This document shows positions 48,600-58,887 of a stretch of DNA of 64,000 bases, one piece after another (the stretch's first letter is position 1; every line of letters starts with the position of its first letter). A program made the translations under genes and the position numbers. The DNA is taken from positions 124,001-188,000 of IMG/VR virus record IMGVR_UViG_3300034072_001021; one strand, written 5' to 3'. The notes under the pieces were generated by a model that was not told the origin of the DNA, did not search any database, and saw only the letters and a list, made by a program, of their open reading frames with translations.

Positions 48600-51167
48600 A
48601 TGACCTCTGATGATTTCCTGATCAACCACGCATACCGCAATGTCTGGTGTGCGCCGGAGCAAGATCGGCAACACATCCTGAGGCCGGCACGTATCACTCC
48701 TAAAGTAGGGGCACGTGGAAGTGTGACCATTCTCTGGTCGACTTTCAATCTCCCTACTGAAGGGGATCGCTATCACGTTTTCCAATTCGGTAATCTGGCT
48801 CAGGTTAATCTGGGCCTGAATCTGAAGCGTGAAGTGTGGACAAGTGCAAGTAGCCAGATGGTCGATGAGAAGATGCTCGTCGACGTCTATGGTGAACGAG
48901 GCTTGATGGTACCCCGGCAGCACGTTTTCTTTCTTCGTACCAACGACGATAACCTGACCGTGGCGGTAAAACACGTTCCGGTTATTGGTGACTTTGGTTA
49001 CGACGATGTTTATTTCCGTTTCTACACCAACGTCTTCTTCAACCGCCTTGGCATCGACGATCCCGAAGAAGGGATCGAATATGTTCTCTCGGCACCGACT
49101 AACACATCGCAGATCAACGCACTGATGTACAACCTACGTCAGATGCAGGCACGGTCTGGTTACGTGTTCTGTTTTGTCAATGGCTGGCGTGTTAATGATG
49201 TCAACACCGCCACTGTCGTTCGTGGTGACATTGTTGAGCTGGTACGTGACAGCTCTGTCGATCGGGTCGAGGAATTCGAGGTTGCGGATCTTCCAGTATT
49301 CTTGTCCGAGCTGGACGAGGTACAAAAGTACCTGATCCATCCTGCACGTGAAGCCGATGAGTTCATTGCTTATCGTGACGACCAGGACATCTTCCTGATG
49401 CGGAAGCTGACCCCCTTCATCCATAAGGGTGTCTACTACCACAAGAACCTGGAAGACTCGTTGCGGATGGTGACTCATCGCGATTACTCGATCCCGACGC
49501 CATACGTGGATCGGATGTGCACGCTCAATGAAGGATGGGCTACCAACAACCAGCTGACCCTTCAACTGGTATTGCGTAAGTCTGGGATGGATAAGTCCCT
49601 GATGAACGAGGCACACCACATCAAGGAACTGTACAAGCTGGATGAGACTGATTGGCATGCCGCTGTCATTGGCTCTGAGGCTGTCGTGGACGTGTGGCGG
49701 ATTGAGGAGCTGGAGAAGTCCGCTTACCCTGCAATCATGCGGGCTAAGAGCGGGCAGATCACTCGTGAGATGGTTGAAGCGGCGTATGGTTACAACACCA
49801 TCACTCGCATCATTGCCGATACTCCTCAGAAGGTGGAGACCACCAAGGCCTGGGTCGAACTACCGTTTGGTCTGCGGGGTGAAAGCACTGTCTACGAGTA
49901 CAACGATCAAGGCCATCTGATCGACTGGCATCGAAACACCAACGTACAGTGGTATGTCCCTCGTTCGCCCGAATGTGCGTATGTGGAAGCTATCTCTGGT
50001 CGTGGATCGGATGTTCTGTCTACCGTGTATGGTGAAGACGCTGTTGTTGAGAAGGGTCTCACTTATCGTTGCTATGTCTGTAACATCATGAACGGTTACC
50101 CTGTAGGTGACTGGCGAGATGTGACTGATGACGAAGATTACTACGACGTGGTCGGTAACACGATCATGTGGAAAGTCAATCGGGCATCGACATACACAGC
50201 AGTCAAGTTCGATGACACGTTCCTGACCTACAACCTGGTTCTGGATTATGAAGACGCTTTGCTGCGCTTCAGTCTTAACGTGAAGGAGATTCGTGTAAAC
50301 GGTATCCTTTACAATGGCCTGGTTGAAATCCCCACTGGTCTTCTGGAATTGTGGTTGAATGGGCGCTCGATCATCGAGGGTCTGGACTGGTTCATGGTTG
50401 ATAAAGAGATCGTCATCGTCAACCGCAGCTTCCGTAACCAGGAAGGTACTCATAACGTCATCACTGTGAGGTCGACTGGTTTCTGTAACCCTGACATGTC
50501 GCGTGTTAAGGAAGCAGAGTACGGTTGGGTTGAGAACGGCCTGCTGAGTCGTAACAACCGCTGGAATCTGCGTGATGACAAGGTATTCCGTGTCATTGCT
50601 GACGGCCGGATCTTTTCTCGTGATGAATTAAACTGGGCTGAAGATAAGCCAGCAGTTCTTCTTGAGAACGTCCGTAACGGCGCGCCGTATCAGGTTACTG
50701 AACCGTTGATTCCTCTGCGAGGCATTACCTACCAGTCCGCTTACGAGATGCGTCGGTTGGCAGAAGCCACCGATAAGCAGATTGAAGACTACATGACTAC
50801 TCGGGTGCCGGAGATTCCTCCGGAAGAGGTCAACCTCATTCCGAAACGTCATTCGCTCTACAGTCCGTTCGTAGGTAAGATCATGCACGACCTGATCTCG
50901 GGGTTCTTCAATCAGCATCCGCTGACGGAATACTACAGTGACCAGGACGTCAGGACGTGGTGCGAACCCTACATGTGGTTGCTCAAATACGAGCCTACTC
51001 GTAAAGGGTTTGATGACAGGTACGTCACCATTGATGCACACGAGCGGATGGAGCCGTTCAAACTGAGCATCTACCACTACAACTTCCTGGCTCGTGCCAT
51101 TCGGGTCATCCTCGAAGACAAGATCGATATCACCCACTCTGTGCTGATCGATCATCTGCCCATTTAA
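48600..51167 (+). CDS. Virion/baseplate structural protein (gp27-like)
   Basis: ~855 aa; begins FLINHAYRNVWCAPEQD; synteny. Confidence 0.7.
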   Translation: MTSDDFLINHAYRNVWCAPEQDRQHILRPARITPKVGARGSVTILWSTFNLPTEGDRYHVFQFGNLAQVNLGLNLKREVWTSASSQMVDEKMLVDVYGERGLMVPRQHVFFLRTNDDNLTVAVKHVPVIGDFGYDDVYFRFYTNVFFNRLGIDDPEEGIEYVLSAPTNTSQINALMYNLRQMQARSGYVFCFVNGWRVNDVNTATVVRGDIVELVRDSSVDRVEEFEVADLPVFLSELDEVQKYLIHPAREADEFIAYRDDQDIFLMRKLTPFIHKGVYYHKNLEDSLRMVTHRDYSIPTPYVDRMCTLNEGWATNNQLTLQLVLRKSGMDKSLMNEAHHIKELYKLDETDWHAAVIGSEAVVDVWRIEELEKSAYPAIMRAKSGQITREMVEAAYGYNTITRIIADTPQKVETTKAWVELPFGLRGESTVYEYNDQGHLIDWHRNTNVQWYVPRSPECAYVEAISGRGSDVLSTVYGEDAVVEKGLTYRCYVCNIMNGYPVGDWRDVTDDEDYYDVVGNTIMWKVNRASTYTAVKFDDTFLTYNLVLDYEDALLRFSLNVKEIRVNGILYNGLVEIPTGLLELWLNGRSIIEGLDWFMVDKEIVIVNRSFRNQEGTHNVITVRSTGFCNPDMSRVKEAEYGWVENGLLSRNNRWNLRDDKVFRVIADGRIFSRDELNWAEDKPAVLLENVRNGAPYQVTEPLIPLRGITYQSAYEMRRLAEATDKQIEDYMTTRVPEIPPEEVNLIPKRHSLYSPFVGKIMHDLISGFFNQHPLTEYYSDQDVRTWCEPYMWLLKYEPTRKGFDDRYVTIDAHERMEPFKLSIYHYNFLARAIRVILEDKIDITHSVLIDHLPI

Positions 51168-51206
51168 ACCCACGGAGCACGGGGGTAAAAGCCCCCGTGA
51201 TAATAC

Positions 51207-52883
51207 ATGAGTGATGTAAACGACATCCCCCAGGTGGGACTCGTAGACCTCAACCGAGGCTGGAAGATCTGGGAGATGAGTCAGATCTTTACTGGTCAGG
51301 TTGGCACTGGTCTCTACTGTCCCAACGTGAATGACCTGATCATCGATCTGGAATCTGGCTGGTATCTGGTCACCACGATCGACATCACCACCGGTAAGTG
51401 CACCTACATCCCGTGGAAACTGCCGGCGGTATCGCAGAACAACATCATCATCGACCAGCTCCTCGGTGTAGGGACTGGTATGCAGAGCGAAACCTGGCGT
51501 GTCTACATCGACACTCGCCAGATGCCGTTCTCCATGCAGATCGATGGTCGCCTGCACATGTACCGTTCCGATGCCGATCACTACAAAGTGTTCTTGGGCA
51601 CCGACATCACCGACAACGGTACTGTCATCAGCGCCTCCTACAATGCCTCTGGTGAGTTCGTAGGTGAGAACATTGGTCTGGAGCACGTCGGTACCGACAA
51701 CATCAACAACTGGGCTATCTGGGCGCCTAAAGCAGGCAACACCAATCGTCGTCTGAATGACGGTGAAGTGGTGACCGTTGTGATGTACAACGCCGTTGGC
51801 AATAAGCTTAGTCACTCGACGATGCTGATCCAGAACACTGCGCTGGTGCGTCGTACTGCAGCCGGTCGTAAGCAGATCAAGGCTATCGGTATCGAAAGCC
51901 CGTACCTGTCTGATGCCGACCCGAACCAGCTGATCGTTCCGATCAACGTGGATCTGCGCACCGTTGGTGTGCAGGGCGTCGTCACCTACAACACCGGTGA
52001 GAAGCTGGAGATCCCGATCCAGTTGGACGGTACCGGCAAGATGAGTCTGCACGGTCTGCAATGGTATTCACCGACCATCCAAGCTTACCCGCACAAGCTC
52101 ACGCTGAGTTATCGGCTGAGTGAAGACGAGTACAGCCTGGAACACGGTATCAACGAGAACGGTTACATCACCGAGGCGTTCACCATCAAGGCTGTCGCTG
52201 CAGACAACGCTTATAGTGTGCGTCTGTACGCCTTCCCGACCTGGAACACTCCAGCGTCGCGGTATGACCTCGATTTCTGGCTCTTCAACATCGATCGCGA
52301 TACGTGGTATCGCGTGCCGCGCAGTGTTGTGGAAATCCCGGACAATGAGGTGGCGTTCGATGGTTCCGACTACGTATCTCGTCAGCGTCTGAAGTTCGGC
52401 GTCCTGCTGTCCAATGTCGATCCGGCATTTGCTCAGCATCGCTTCGTCCAGTCGACCGAAATCGCACTGAACAAAGCAGGTACCGAGCCGGGCGACAAGT
52501 GGCAGGTCAAGTGTGATCCGATGCAAGCGTCCTTCTTCGGAAGCGGCGTCATTGCGAAGAACCGCTTGGTCAACGTCAACCTGTCGTACCTCGACCTGAG
52601 CAACGATCTGTTGGACATGGATGCTTGGCTTGCCAAGCTCTACTGGCCGCTCAACCATCTGTTCGATGACACCACTGAAGTGAAAGCTCCAGAACCGACC
52701 CATTTCGTGATTCACACCAAGACTCGCGAATACCGGTTCCCGATCACTCAGTGGAACCAAGAGTTCCCGATCCTGAACGATGTTCGGATTGGCGAAACCA
52801 TCTATCTGCGGTGGATTCGCGAGACCGCGACCGCCCAGCTTCAGCTGGGTGTGACTGGTCTGGCTGTCGAACAGAGCAACTGA
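51207..52883 (+). CDS. Virion/baseplate structural protein (gp26-like)
   Basis: 558 aa, beta-rich, upstream of the terminase gene. Confidence 0.7.
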   Translation: MSDVNDIPQVGLVDLNRGWKIWEMSQIFTGQVGTGLYCPNVNDLIIDLESGWYLVTTIDITTGKCTYIPWKLPAVSQNNIIIDQLLGVGTGMQSETWRVYIDTRQMPFSMQIDGRLHMYRSDADHYKVFLGTDITDNGTVISASYNASGEFVGENIGLEHVGTDNINNWAIWAPKAGNTNRRLNDGEVVTVVMYNAVGNKLSHSTMLIQNTALVRRTAAGRKQIKAIGIESPYLSDADPNQLIVPINVDLRTVGVQGVVTYNTGEKLEIPIQLDGTGKMSLHGLQWYSPTIQAYPHKLTLSYRLSEDEYSLEHGINENGYITEAFTIKAVAADNAYSVRLYAFPTWNTPASRYDLDFWLFNIDRDTWYRVPRSVVEIPDNEVAFDGSDYVSRQRLKFGVLLSNVDPAFAQHRFVQSTEIALNKAGTEPGDKWQVKCDPMQASFFGSGVIAKNRLVNVNLSYLDLSNDLLDMDAWLAKLYWPLNHLFDDTTEVKAPEPTHFVIHTKTREYRFPITQWNQEFPILNDVRIGETIYLRWIRETATAQLQLGVTGLAVEQSN

Positions 52884-52887
52884 TATA

Positions 52888-52919
52888 TCAGCACCGGAGG
52901 GACATCCCTCCGGTGCTGA
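52888..52919 (+). terminator. Hairpin
   Basis: TCAGCACCGGAGGGA-CA-TCCCTCCGGTGCTGA. Confidence 0.65.
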
Positions 52920-52934
52920 GTATTTGGAGTTCTT

Positions 52935-55151
52935 ATGCAGACTATTCTTTTTGAGCGCGATTGGGATTATTACCCGACTGCGATCTGGGATACCAAGACT
53001 ACCAACAAGTCTTTCCTTGAATTCTCAGCGCTTCTTAAGCACATGGGGGTCAAGAACCATTTGTTCCCTCTGGCTCTTATGCAGCCGGAGCTTCAGGGGG
53101 TTGATCCGTACGATCCCTCCTTGTCAGACGACATAAAACTGAAGATCAAAATCGAGTGTACGTTTAACCCATGGTACTTCATCCGTGAGGTTATGCGTGT
53201 ACCTCCAGCGGCAGGTGATACACCTGTTAAGCTGGAAGCTAACCGGGGCAACATTTCTCTATGGTGGTCGTTCCTTAACCACATCGACTATTTCCTCGTC
53301 CAGATTCGTCAGACTGGTAAGTCGCTGAACTCTGACGGTATCTCGGTTTGGTATCAAATCTTCGGCGCACGTAACTCCCGTGCTAACCTGTTCACCAAAG
53401 GTGACTTGTTTAAAGAACACATTGCACGTCTGAAGAAACTACGTGCTCTGTTGCCGAAGTACTTAGTCAACATCGTCAAGAAAGATACCGACAACCAGAA
53501 AGAATTCACCAACATGTCTCAGGGCAACCGCATGGTGGTGTACATCCCGCAAAAGGATGAAGAAGCAGCAAACAACCTGGGTCGTGGTCTGACCACCCCC
53601 TACAACCACGTGGACGAAATTGCGTTCCTTAAGAACGTACACATCTCCCTCGGTGTTATGCTGGCGGGCGGTGGTGCTGCTCGTGAAGAAGCGGCACGTA
53701 ACGGCCTGCCGTACGGCAACATCTTCACTACTACTGCTGGCGAACTGGATACTCCGGAAGGCGCTTACGCGTACGACCTGATGACCGGTGGTGCAGAGTG
53801 GAACGATGCGTTCTATGACTGTGCCAATACCGACGAGCTGTATGAGGTGGTGCGGAAGCAATGCCGTAACAAAGATGCAATCCTCATCAACGGTACGTTC
53901 AACCATCGTCAATTAGGTAAGACTGATGCATGGTTGAGGAAGAAGATCGCGGAATCTCGTCAGACCGGTGACGGTGTACGTCGAGACTACATGAACGAGT
54001 GGACGACGGGTAATGCCCGAAACCCGCTCAGCAAAGATACGCTGCGTAAGATCCATGCCAGTGTAACTAAGCCTTCTTACCTTGAGATCGACAAACAAGA
54101 CCACTACTCCATCCGCTGGTACATCACGCGAGAAGAAGTAGAGACAGGAATCTCTCGTCGTCAAATGGTCATGGGCATCGATACCTCCAACGCCGTAGGG
54201 CGAGACAACATCACAGGTGTCATTGTCGACATCAGTACACTTGAGGTGGTGGGTGCATGGACTGTCAACGACTCTAACCTGACCGCATTTGCAATGTGGT
54301 TGGCAAAGATCATTGTCAGATTCCAGAACATCACCATTGTACCTGAATCGAAATCGACGTGGATTGGCATCCTCGATACCTTGCTGCTCACGTTGCCGAA
54401 CTATAAGGTCGATCCGGCTAAACGTATCTATTCGACACTGGTGGATGCTAAGGACGAATCACCTGAGGCTAAACGGCGCTATAACGAGTATGTGGGCGAT
54501 CGCGACAACTACCGCTCCTACCGTAAGTTCTTCGGCTTCCCAACGAACAGCCAGCTCCGTGAGATCATTTACGGGCCTGTTCTGCAAGAGGCTGCGAAGA
54601 AGTCTGGTGCTGTGGTGCGTGACGCTAAGCTGCAAAGCGAACTGGGTCGTCTGGTTGAGCGTAACGGACGTATTGACCACGATGCATCCGGGCACGATGA
54701 CCACGTCATCAGCTGGCTGCTTTGCCATTGGTTCCTTACCTACGGTAAGAACCTCGATCACTACGGAATCACTGTCAGTGAAATCAAACGTCGTGTCTAT
54801 GAAGCAGAGCACAAGCTCTCGTGGAGTGAACAACGTCGTTATGATGACCAACAGAGTATCCGTGATGAGATTGGTCGCCTGAGTGAAACGCTTGGTAACG
54901 AGCGTAACACTTACGAACGAATCAAGCTACAACAACGACTGGATCTGCTCATCAGCAAGGTTGATGATGAGTTTGATATGGAGGGTATCACTTCCATTGA
55001 CCAGATCAAAGAGAATAGCCGCGAGAAGAAGATGATTGAAACTCGCTCGTTCGGTCCAGGTAAACCGTTGGAAATCGAGAAGCCCCTGAACACCAGTTTC
55101 AACAGACGTCGTGAGATGTTCAAGAATCAAAATGTGATGGTGGTGGTATGA
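52935..55151 (+). CDS. terL: Terminase large subunit (gp25-like)
   Basis: NPWYFIRE, Walker A RQTGKS, Walker B HVDEIAF, TTTAG, nuclease motifs MGIDTS and GHDDHV. Confidence 0.92.
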   Translation: MQTILFERDWDYYPTAIWDTKTTNKSFLEFSALLKHMGVKNHLFPLALMQPELQGVDPYDPSLSDDIKLKIKIECTFNPWYFIREVMRVPPAAGDTPVKLEANRGNISLWWSFLNHIDYFLVQIRQTGKSLNSDGISVWYQIFGARNSRANLFTKGDLFKEHIARLKKLRALLPKYLVNIVKKDTDNQKEFTNMSQGNRMVVYIPQKDEEAANNLGRGLTTPYNHVDEIAFLKNVHISLGVMLAGGGAAREEAARNGLPYGNIFTTTAGELDTPEGAYAYDLMTGGAEWNDAFYDCANTDELYEVVRKQCRNKDAILINGTFNHRQLGKTDAWLRKKIAESRQTGDGVRRDYMNEWTTGNARNPLSKDTLRKIHASVTKPSYLEIDKQDHYSIRWYITREEVETGISRRQMVMGIDTSNAVGRDNITGVIVDISTLEVVGAWTVNDSNLTAFAMWLAKIIVRFQNITIVPESKSTWIGILDTLLLTLPNYKVDPAKRIYSTLVDAKDESPEAKRRYNEYVGDRDNYRSYRKFFGFPTNSQLREIIYGPVLQEAAKKSGAVVRDAKLQSELGRLVERNGRIDHDASGHDDHVISWLLCHWFLTYGKNLDHYGITVSEIKRRVYEAEHKLSWSEQRRYDDQQSIRDEIGRLSETLGNERNTYERIKLQQRLDLLISKVDDEFDMEGITSIDQIKENSREKKMIETRSFGPGKPLEIEKPLNTSFNRRREMFKNQNVMVVV

Positions 55152-55187
55152 CGGCATAGAGGGAGGCTCAGGCCTCCCTCTATGCCG
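55152..55187. terminator. Bidirectional hairpin, archetype of the CGGCATA family
   Basis: CGGCATAGAGGGAGGC-TCAG-GCCTCCCTCTATGCCG, perfect 16-bp stem with no U-tract. Confidence 0.8.
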
Positions 55188-55189
55188 GA

Positions 55190-56059
55190 TCACTTAAAGT
55201 TCGAGTAGACGACCATCCGAAGATAGTCGGCCAGATCCCTCGAACGGTAGAACAGTGCCGCATGCAGAGCAGTGTTGTATGGATGCATCATTTCACGATC
55301 CAAGTACTTGATCAGCGGGTGCGGGTCATCCACACCACCTGCCAGTTCACGGAATGAAAGCAATTTACCCATTCGTTCTTCGAGATCATCGAAGATCTTT
55401 TCCAACTGATCTGCAAACTCATCGAACTTGTCTGCCCAGCGACAGAAGATGATTGCCTTTTCGGCAGTCATTGATCCAATAGGGATCGGCATGTTCGTAT
55501 CAGGGCGCACTGGTACCTTGAGGACTACCAACATCTCATCACGGAAGGGCTTAGCTTCCACGATGACACGGGAGGACTTCATACCAAGTAAACGGACGGT
55601 TGACTTAGCGAGATGTTCTGCCACTGTTTGAGGACGGCTGGACAATGCATCATTCATGCTTATTTTGGCAAGCATGGAAGTGACACGACCAGCCCATTCG
55701 AGATATCGCATACTACGATCGTAGGCGATACTCGATAAGACAGTGTACATATTGAATTCACGGTTGAGGAACTCATCAGTCATCGAATCGATCGATGATC
55801 CACAAACAACCAGCCATGCAGGATGGACAGTTGGTGAACCATTCGATGGGCCTTTGAAAACCTGTTCGTTAAGACTGACATCGGTGAACTTATCCATGTT
55901 CGCCGGATCATTCCAAGGTGCACGAGGCAGTTTCCTAACGGTGTATTCGTCGGGGAGTTTGAATTCCCCGAATATCTCACTTAACCTACCTTCCATAGAC
56001 ACGGTCTGGACTCCTTCTGCGGAGTGCTGTGCTCTCAAATACTCGAGCAACTTTTCCAT
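55190..56059 (-). CDS. Putative head protein with short propeptide
   Basis: N-terminal HSAE and VSME motifs; overlaps the upstream stop. Confidence 0.6.
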   Translation of the reverse strand: MEKLLEYLRAQHSAEGVQTVSMEGRLSEIFGEFKLPDEYTVRKLPRAPWNDPANMDKFTDVSLNEQVFKGPSNGSPTVHPAWLVVCGSSIDSMTDEFLNREFNMYTVLSSIAYDRSMRYLEWAGRVTSMLAKISMNDALSSRPQTVAEHLAKSTVRLLGMKSSRVIVEAKPFRDEMLVVLKVPVRPDTNMPIPIGSMTAEKAIIFCRWADKFDEFADQLEKIFDDLEERMGKLLSFRELAGGVDDPHPLIKYLDREMMHPYNTALHAALFYRSRDLADYLRMVVYSNFK

Positions 56060-57318
56060 CACGACTTCCTGTAATGCTTCATGGTGACCGTCCGAATGAC
56101 AAGATACAGGATAGCCCCCGTCCTGATCGAAGCCACCAAAGCGTCGTTCTTCGTCTTCACTGACTTGCGCACTACTTTCTCGCCCACGTCACGCATCTGC
56201 AGAAGCAGATCGTTATTGGCACGAGAGGCAGTATAGAGGTTGCGCAGTTTGGTCAGCACCGTAGCAATATCATTCACATTGATCGACGAACGGTTAGACG
56301 CAATGAAATCGAACAGATGCTCGAGAGTGAGGTCTGCCAGTTTCACGACGTTCGGATCGCCTTTCAGCTTAGACGAATGACGAGCCATGTATTCGAGACA
56401 TTCCATCATGTTGTGGTATGGAAGCTTGGGCATGCAACCAGCTACGATCTCCGCGAGTTCACGGACGATGAAGCTGTTGCGGTCGGCCATTACTTCCTCA
56501 AGGTAACGGCGATAAGTCGAATACATGTTCTTACGGTTTTTCACCACGATCTCACCGTCAATGTTGACCGATGTGTTCGAGGTGGTACGGATGACAGCAG
56601 TCGGATCTCTCCGGACGATTTCGAATTCGTCACGAATGTTACGCAGGTATCCCTTGATTCGACTTTGGATGTCGTTCACCATGTAGATGATGTCGTAATC
56701 GTCGTCGAATTGTTGGAACGTCTTGTTGAGGAAGTGGGGAGAACGTTTGTCGATGGTCTGCTCAGCGCGATACTGAAGCAGAGCACCCCACGAGCCCAAT
56801 TCCTTGAGCTTGTACTTCTTGGGCAAACGAGCATAGGTAGCTACAGCCACTGCTTCGTCTGCACGGTTCGGGAACCAGTACGTCAGGATCGAGGTGATGA
56901 ACTTGTATTGTAGTACCAGCAGTGCGTCGATCATGCCCGAGTGTTTCTCGGTCTCGGTCAGCTTGGAGCGAGAAATAGCGTGCACGACCCACAGACACGA
57001 CAGGTTCATGACGTCAGTGGAGACGTAACGTGGTTTCTTGGGATCGGGTACCAGTGTCTTGAGCTTCAGCAGGTCGTCTTGCAGAGCTGCATCGTCGATG
57101 TCAAGGATGCTGGTGAACCATTCGATTCGGTCGGCTTTGGTGAAGCGGACATCCTGCACACCCATCAGGTGACCGCCGAAGAAAGCAACGTGATCGTCGT
57201 TCTTGTTGGCGAAGTTCTGGCGATAGGTTTGCAGGCGACGGAGGAAATTCTTGTCGATAGCGATGTCTTTGCACGCTTCGTCAAACAAGGACTTCACAGT
57301 AGGTGTAGTGCCTGACAT
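56059..57318 (-). CDS. Conserved-looking jumbo-phage protein of unknown function
   Basis: 419-aa helical ORF; AGGA RBS; TATG motif ~35 nt upstream. Confidence 0.65.
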   Translation of the reverse strand: MSGTTPTVKSLFDEACKDIAIDKNFLRRLQTYRQNFANKNDDHVAFFGGHLMGVQDVRFTKADRIEWFTSILDIDDAALQDDLLKLKTLVPDPKKPRYVSTDVMNLSCLWVVHAISRSKLTETEKHSGMIDALLVLQYKFITSILTYWFPNRADEAVAVATYARLPKKYKLKELGSWGALLQYRAEQTIDKRSPHFLNKTFQQFDDDYDIIYMVNDIQSRIKGYLRNIRDEFEIVRRDPTAVIRTTSNTSVNIDGEIVVKNRKNMYSTYRRYLEEVMADRNSFIVRELAEIVAGCMPKLPYHNMMECLEYMARHSSKLKGDPNVVKLADLTLEHLFDFIASNRSSINVNDIATVLTKLRNLYTASRANNDLLLQMRDVGEKVVRKSVKTKNDALVASIRTGAILYLVIRTVTMKHYRKS

Positions 57319-57367
57319 GGGTCTTATCCTGTTGAGAAACAGTTACCGGGATTCATAGCGATAGGTC

Positions 57368-57396
57368 GATTCAAAAATAATTCAACCATACATTGT
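57368..57396 (+). promoter_or_regulatory. Putative early promoter GATT-N16-ATACATTGT
   Basis: Bipartite motif. Confidence 0.7.
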
Positions 57397-57462
57397 AAAG
57401 GGGAAGAAAGCGAATACAAACGCGATCATCAAGACATAACCAGCACCAATGGAGTGACAGCA

Positions 57463-58044
57463 ATGCAACAGCAATCCGTACTTCCAGCTATTGTTACCCG
57501 TCATCTCGCTGACAGCGAAGCTGACTTCATCGACCTGTCCAATCTGGAACTGGTCATGGATCAAGAAGAACAAAGCAACAAGGGGATCACCGTGAAGCAA
57601 GAAAGGACGCTGTCTGGCGCAAACATCACCGATCATGGCAAGGGTACTCTGAGTAGTCGTATCTGCCAGATCGCCCACGACTGTCTGCATGTTGATCTTC
57701 AGACCGAGTTCCGTGAAATGGCTATGAGTCATCCGGCGTTCGTGAAGATCTGCGACGAGATCCGTCAGGAGATCGAAGAAGGTCGGATGATCCAGATCAT
57801 GGATCGTCTCGAAGCTATCGGCTGCGAGGTCTTCTATGACCGCAAAGAAAAGAAACTGACCCTGGGGCTGAACAAGAAGAACCTGTTCAAGCATTTCAAC
57901 GAACACTCGCGGGTCATCGACCTGCGTAACCGTCAAGGCATCAGCATCGTTAATGGGATTAACCCCATGTACGACAAAGAGCCGAAACATCAAGTACCTG
58001 AATTGGTGACCAAGTCTTACTACTTGATCATCGATCTGAAATAA
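57463..58044 (+). CDS. Hypothetical early protein
   Basis: GGAG RBS at ATG 57463. Confidence 0.7.
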   Translation: MQQQSVLPAIVTRHLADSEADFIDLSNLELVMDQEEQSNKGITVKQERTLSGANITDHGKGTLSSRICQIAHDCLHVDLQTEFREMAMSHPAFVKICDEIRQEIEEGRMIQIMDRLEAIGCEVFYDRKEKKLTLGLNKKNLFKHFNEHSRVIDLRNRQGISIVNGINPMYDKEPKHQVPELVTKSYYLIIDLK

Positions 58045-58053
58045 CCCCCTTTC

Positions 58054-58127
58054 AAGATCTCTGCTGAGCCTGAGCCGGTTAGCAGCACCCCCTTGCTTTC
58101 GCAACCGGTGCCCAGAGATCTTTTTTT
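58054..58127 (+). terminator. Long composite hairpin with U-tract
   Basis: AAGATCTCTG/CAGAGATCTT outer stem; CCGGTT/AACCGG and AGCA/TGCT inner stems. Confidence 0.6.
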
Positions 58128-58145
58128 GTTTAAGGAGCTAGGAGC

Positions 58146-58550
58146 ATGCTAGAGGAGATTGTGAAGGACTTCAAAAGCATCGTTACCGACTATCAGTCCT
58201 ATCCTTCAGAAGACGTCATTCCTAAAGATGTCCATGAACGACATTCCAAACTAGCAGCCAAGTGTGTCCTTGAGACTATGCGGTTGTTAGTGGGGTATGA
58301 CGAGACTGTGATGAATCTTCCAATGTCTGCGTTCCTGAAGTACCTTGAACACATTCGCATGGATGTCTTCGAGGAATTGGCTAAGGAAGGTATCGCATTC
58401 CACTACTACTACCACAATGGCCTGCTCTACGGCAGACTGGTGGATCAGACTCAAGTCATGGTCATGTACCCTGTGACCACTACACAGCAGACTCCTCTGG
58501 TCCGTCAGTTCATTGATGGGTTTGAGATTAAGGAATCAACGATCCATTAA
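58146..58550 (+). CDS. Hypothetical protein
   Basis: AGGAG RBS, 134 aa. Confidence 0.7.
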   Translation: MLEEIVKDFKSIVTDYQSYPSEDVIPKDVHERHSKLAAKCVLETMRLLVGYDETVMNLPMSAFLKYLEHIRMDVFEELAKEGIAFHYYYHNGLLYGRLVDQTQVMVMYPVTTTQQTPLVRQFIDGFEIKESTIH

Positions 58551-58558
58551 ACCGATAC

Positions 58559-58597
58559 GATCACTGCTCTTAACGGGGCAGTGATCTATTCTTTTTT
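58559..58597 (+). terminator. Intrinsic terminator
   Basis: GATCACTGCTC...GGGCAGTGATC followed by a T-tract. Confidence 0.7.
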
Positions 58598-58616
58598 GTT
58601 TAATGGGGAGTTCTGT

Positions 58617-58813
58617 ATAGTATGATCAGTCTTGCTACTTTTCTTGGGAAGGAAGGGAAAGGGGGTAAGATTGATGACGAACGGAGTGAGGAATCAATCT
58701 GGGGGATAGGGTAGGTAGGGTATATCTGCGTGGTTGGTGGATAGCCGTAGCGTAGCGTAGGGTAGACAACAGACACCATGCCTTATTCTCTTCTGAGGGG
58801 GCATAGCCCCCTC
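58617..58813 (+). other. Non-coding G-rich structured element (candidate origin, packaging site or ncRNA)
   Basis: Six G3-G5 tracts flanking a GNA-triloop/sheared-GA hairpin; CC(GTAGC)2GTAGG; closed by GAGGGGGC-ATA-GCCCCCTC. Confidence 0.5.
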
Positions 58814-58887
58814 TATATATAGACCGGCCTGACGTACCAAACTATATCAGGTTTTCCGTAAAAGAAAAAAAGTTTAAGAGTGCCGCC

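Noticed and set aside
58054-58127. tRNA-sized structured sequence
   Set aside because: No cloverleaf, no TTC T-loop and no CCA end; it folds as a single long hairpin with a U-tract.
58622-58714. 30-codon ORF across the G-rich element
   Set aside because: Low complexity with codon usage unlike neighbouring genes; better explained by structural motifs, although an upstream GGGGAG means it is not fully excluded.
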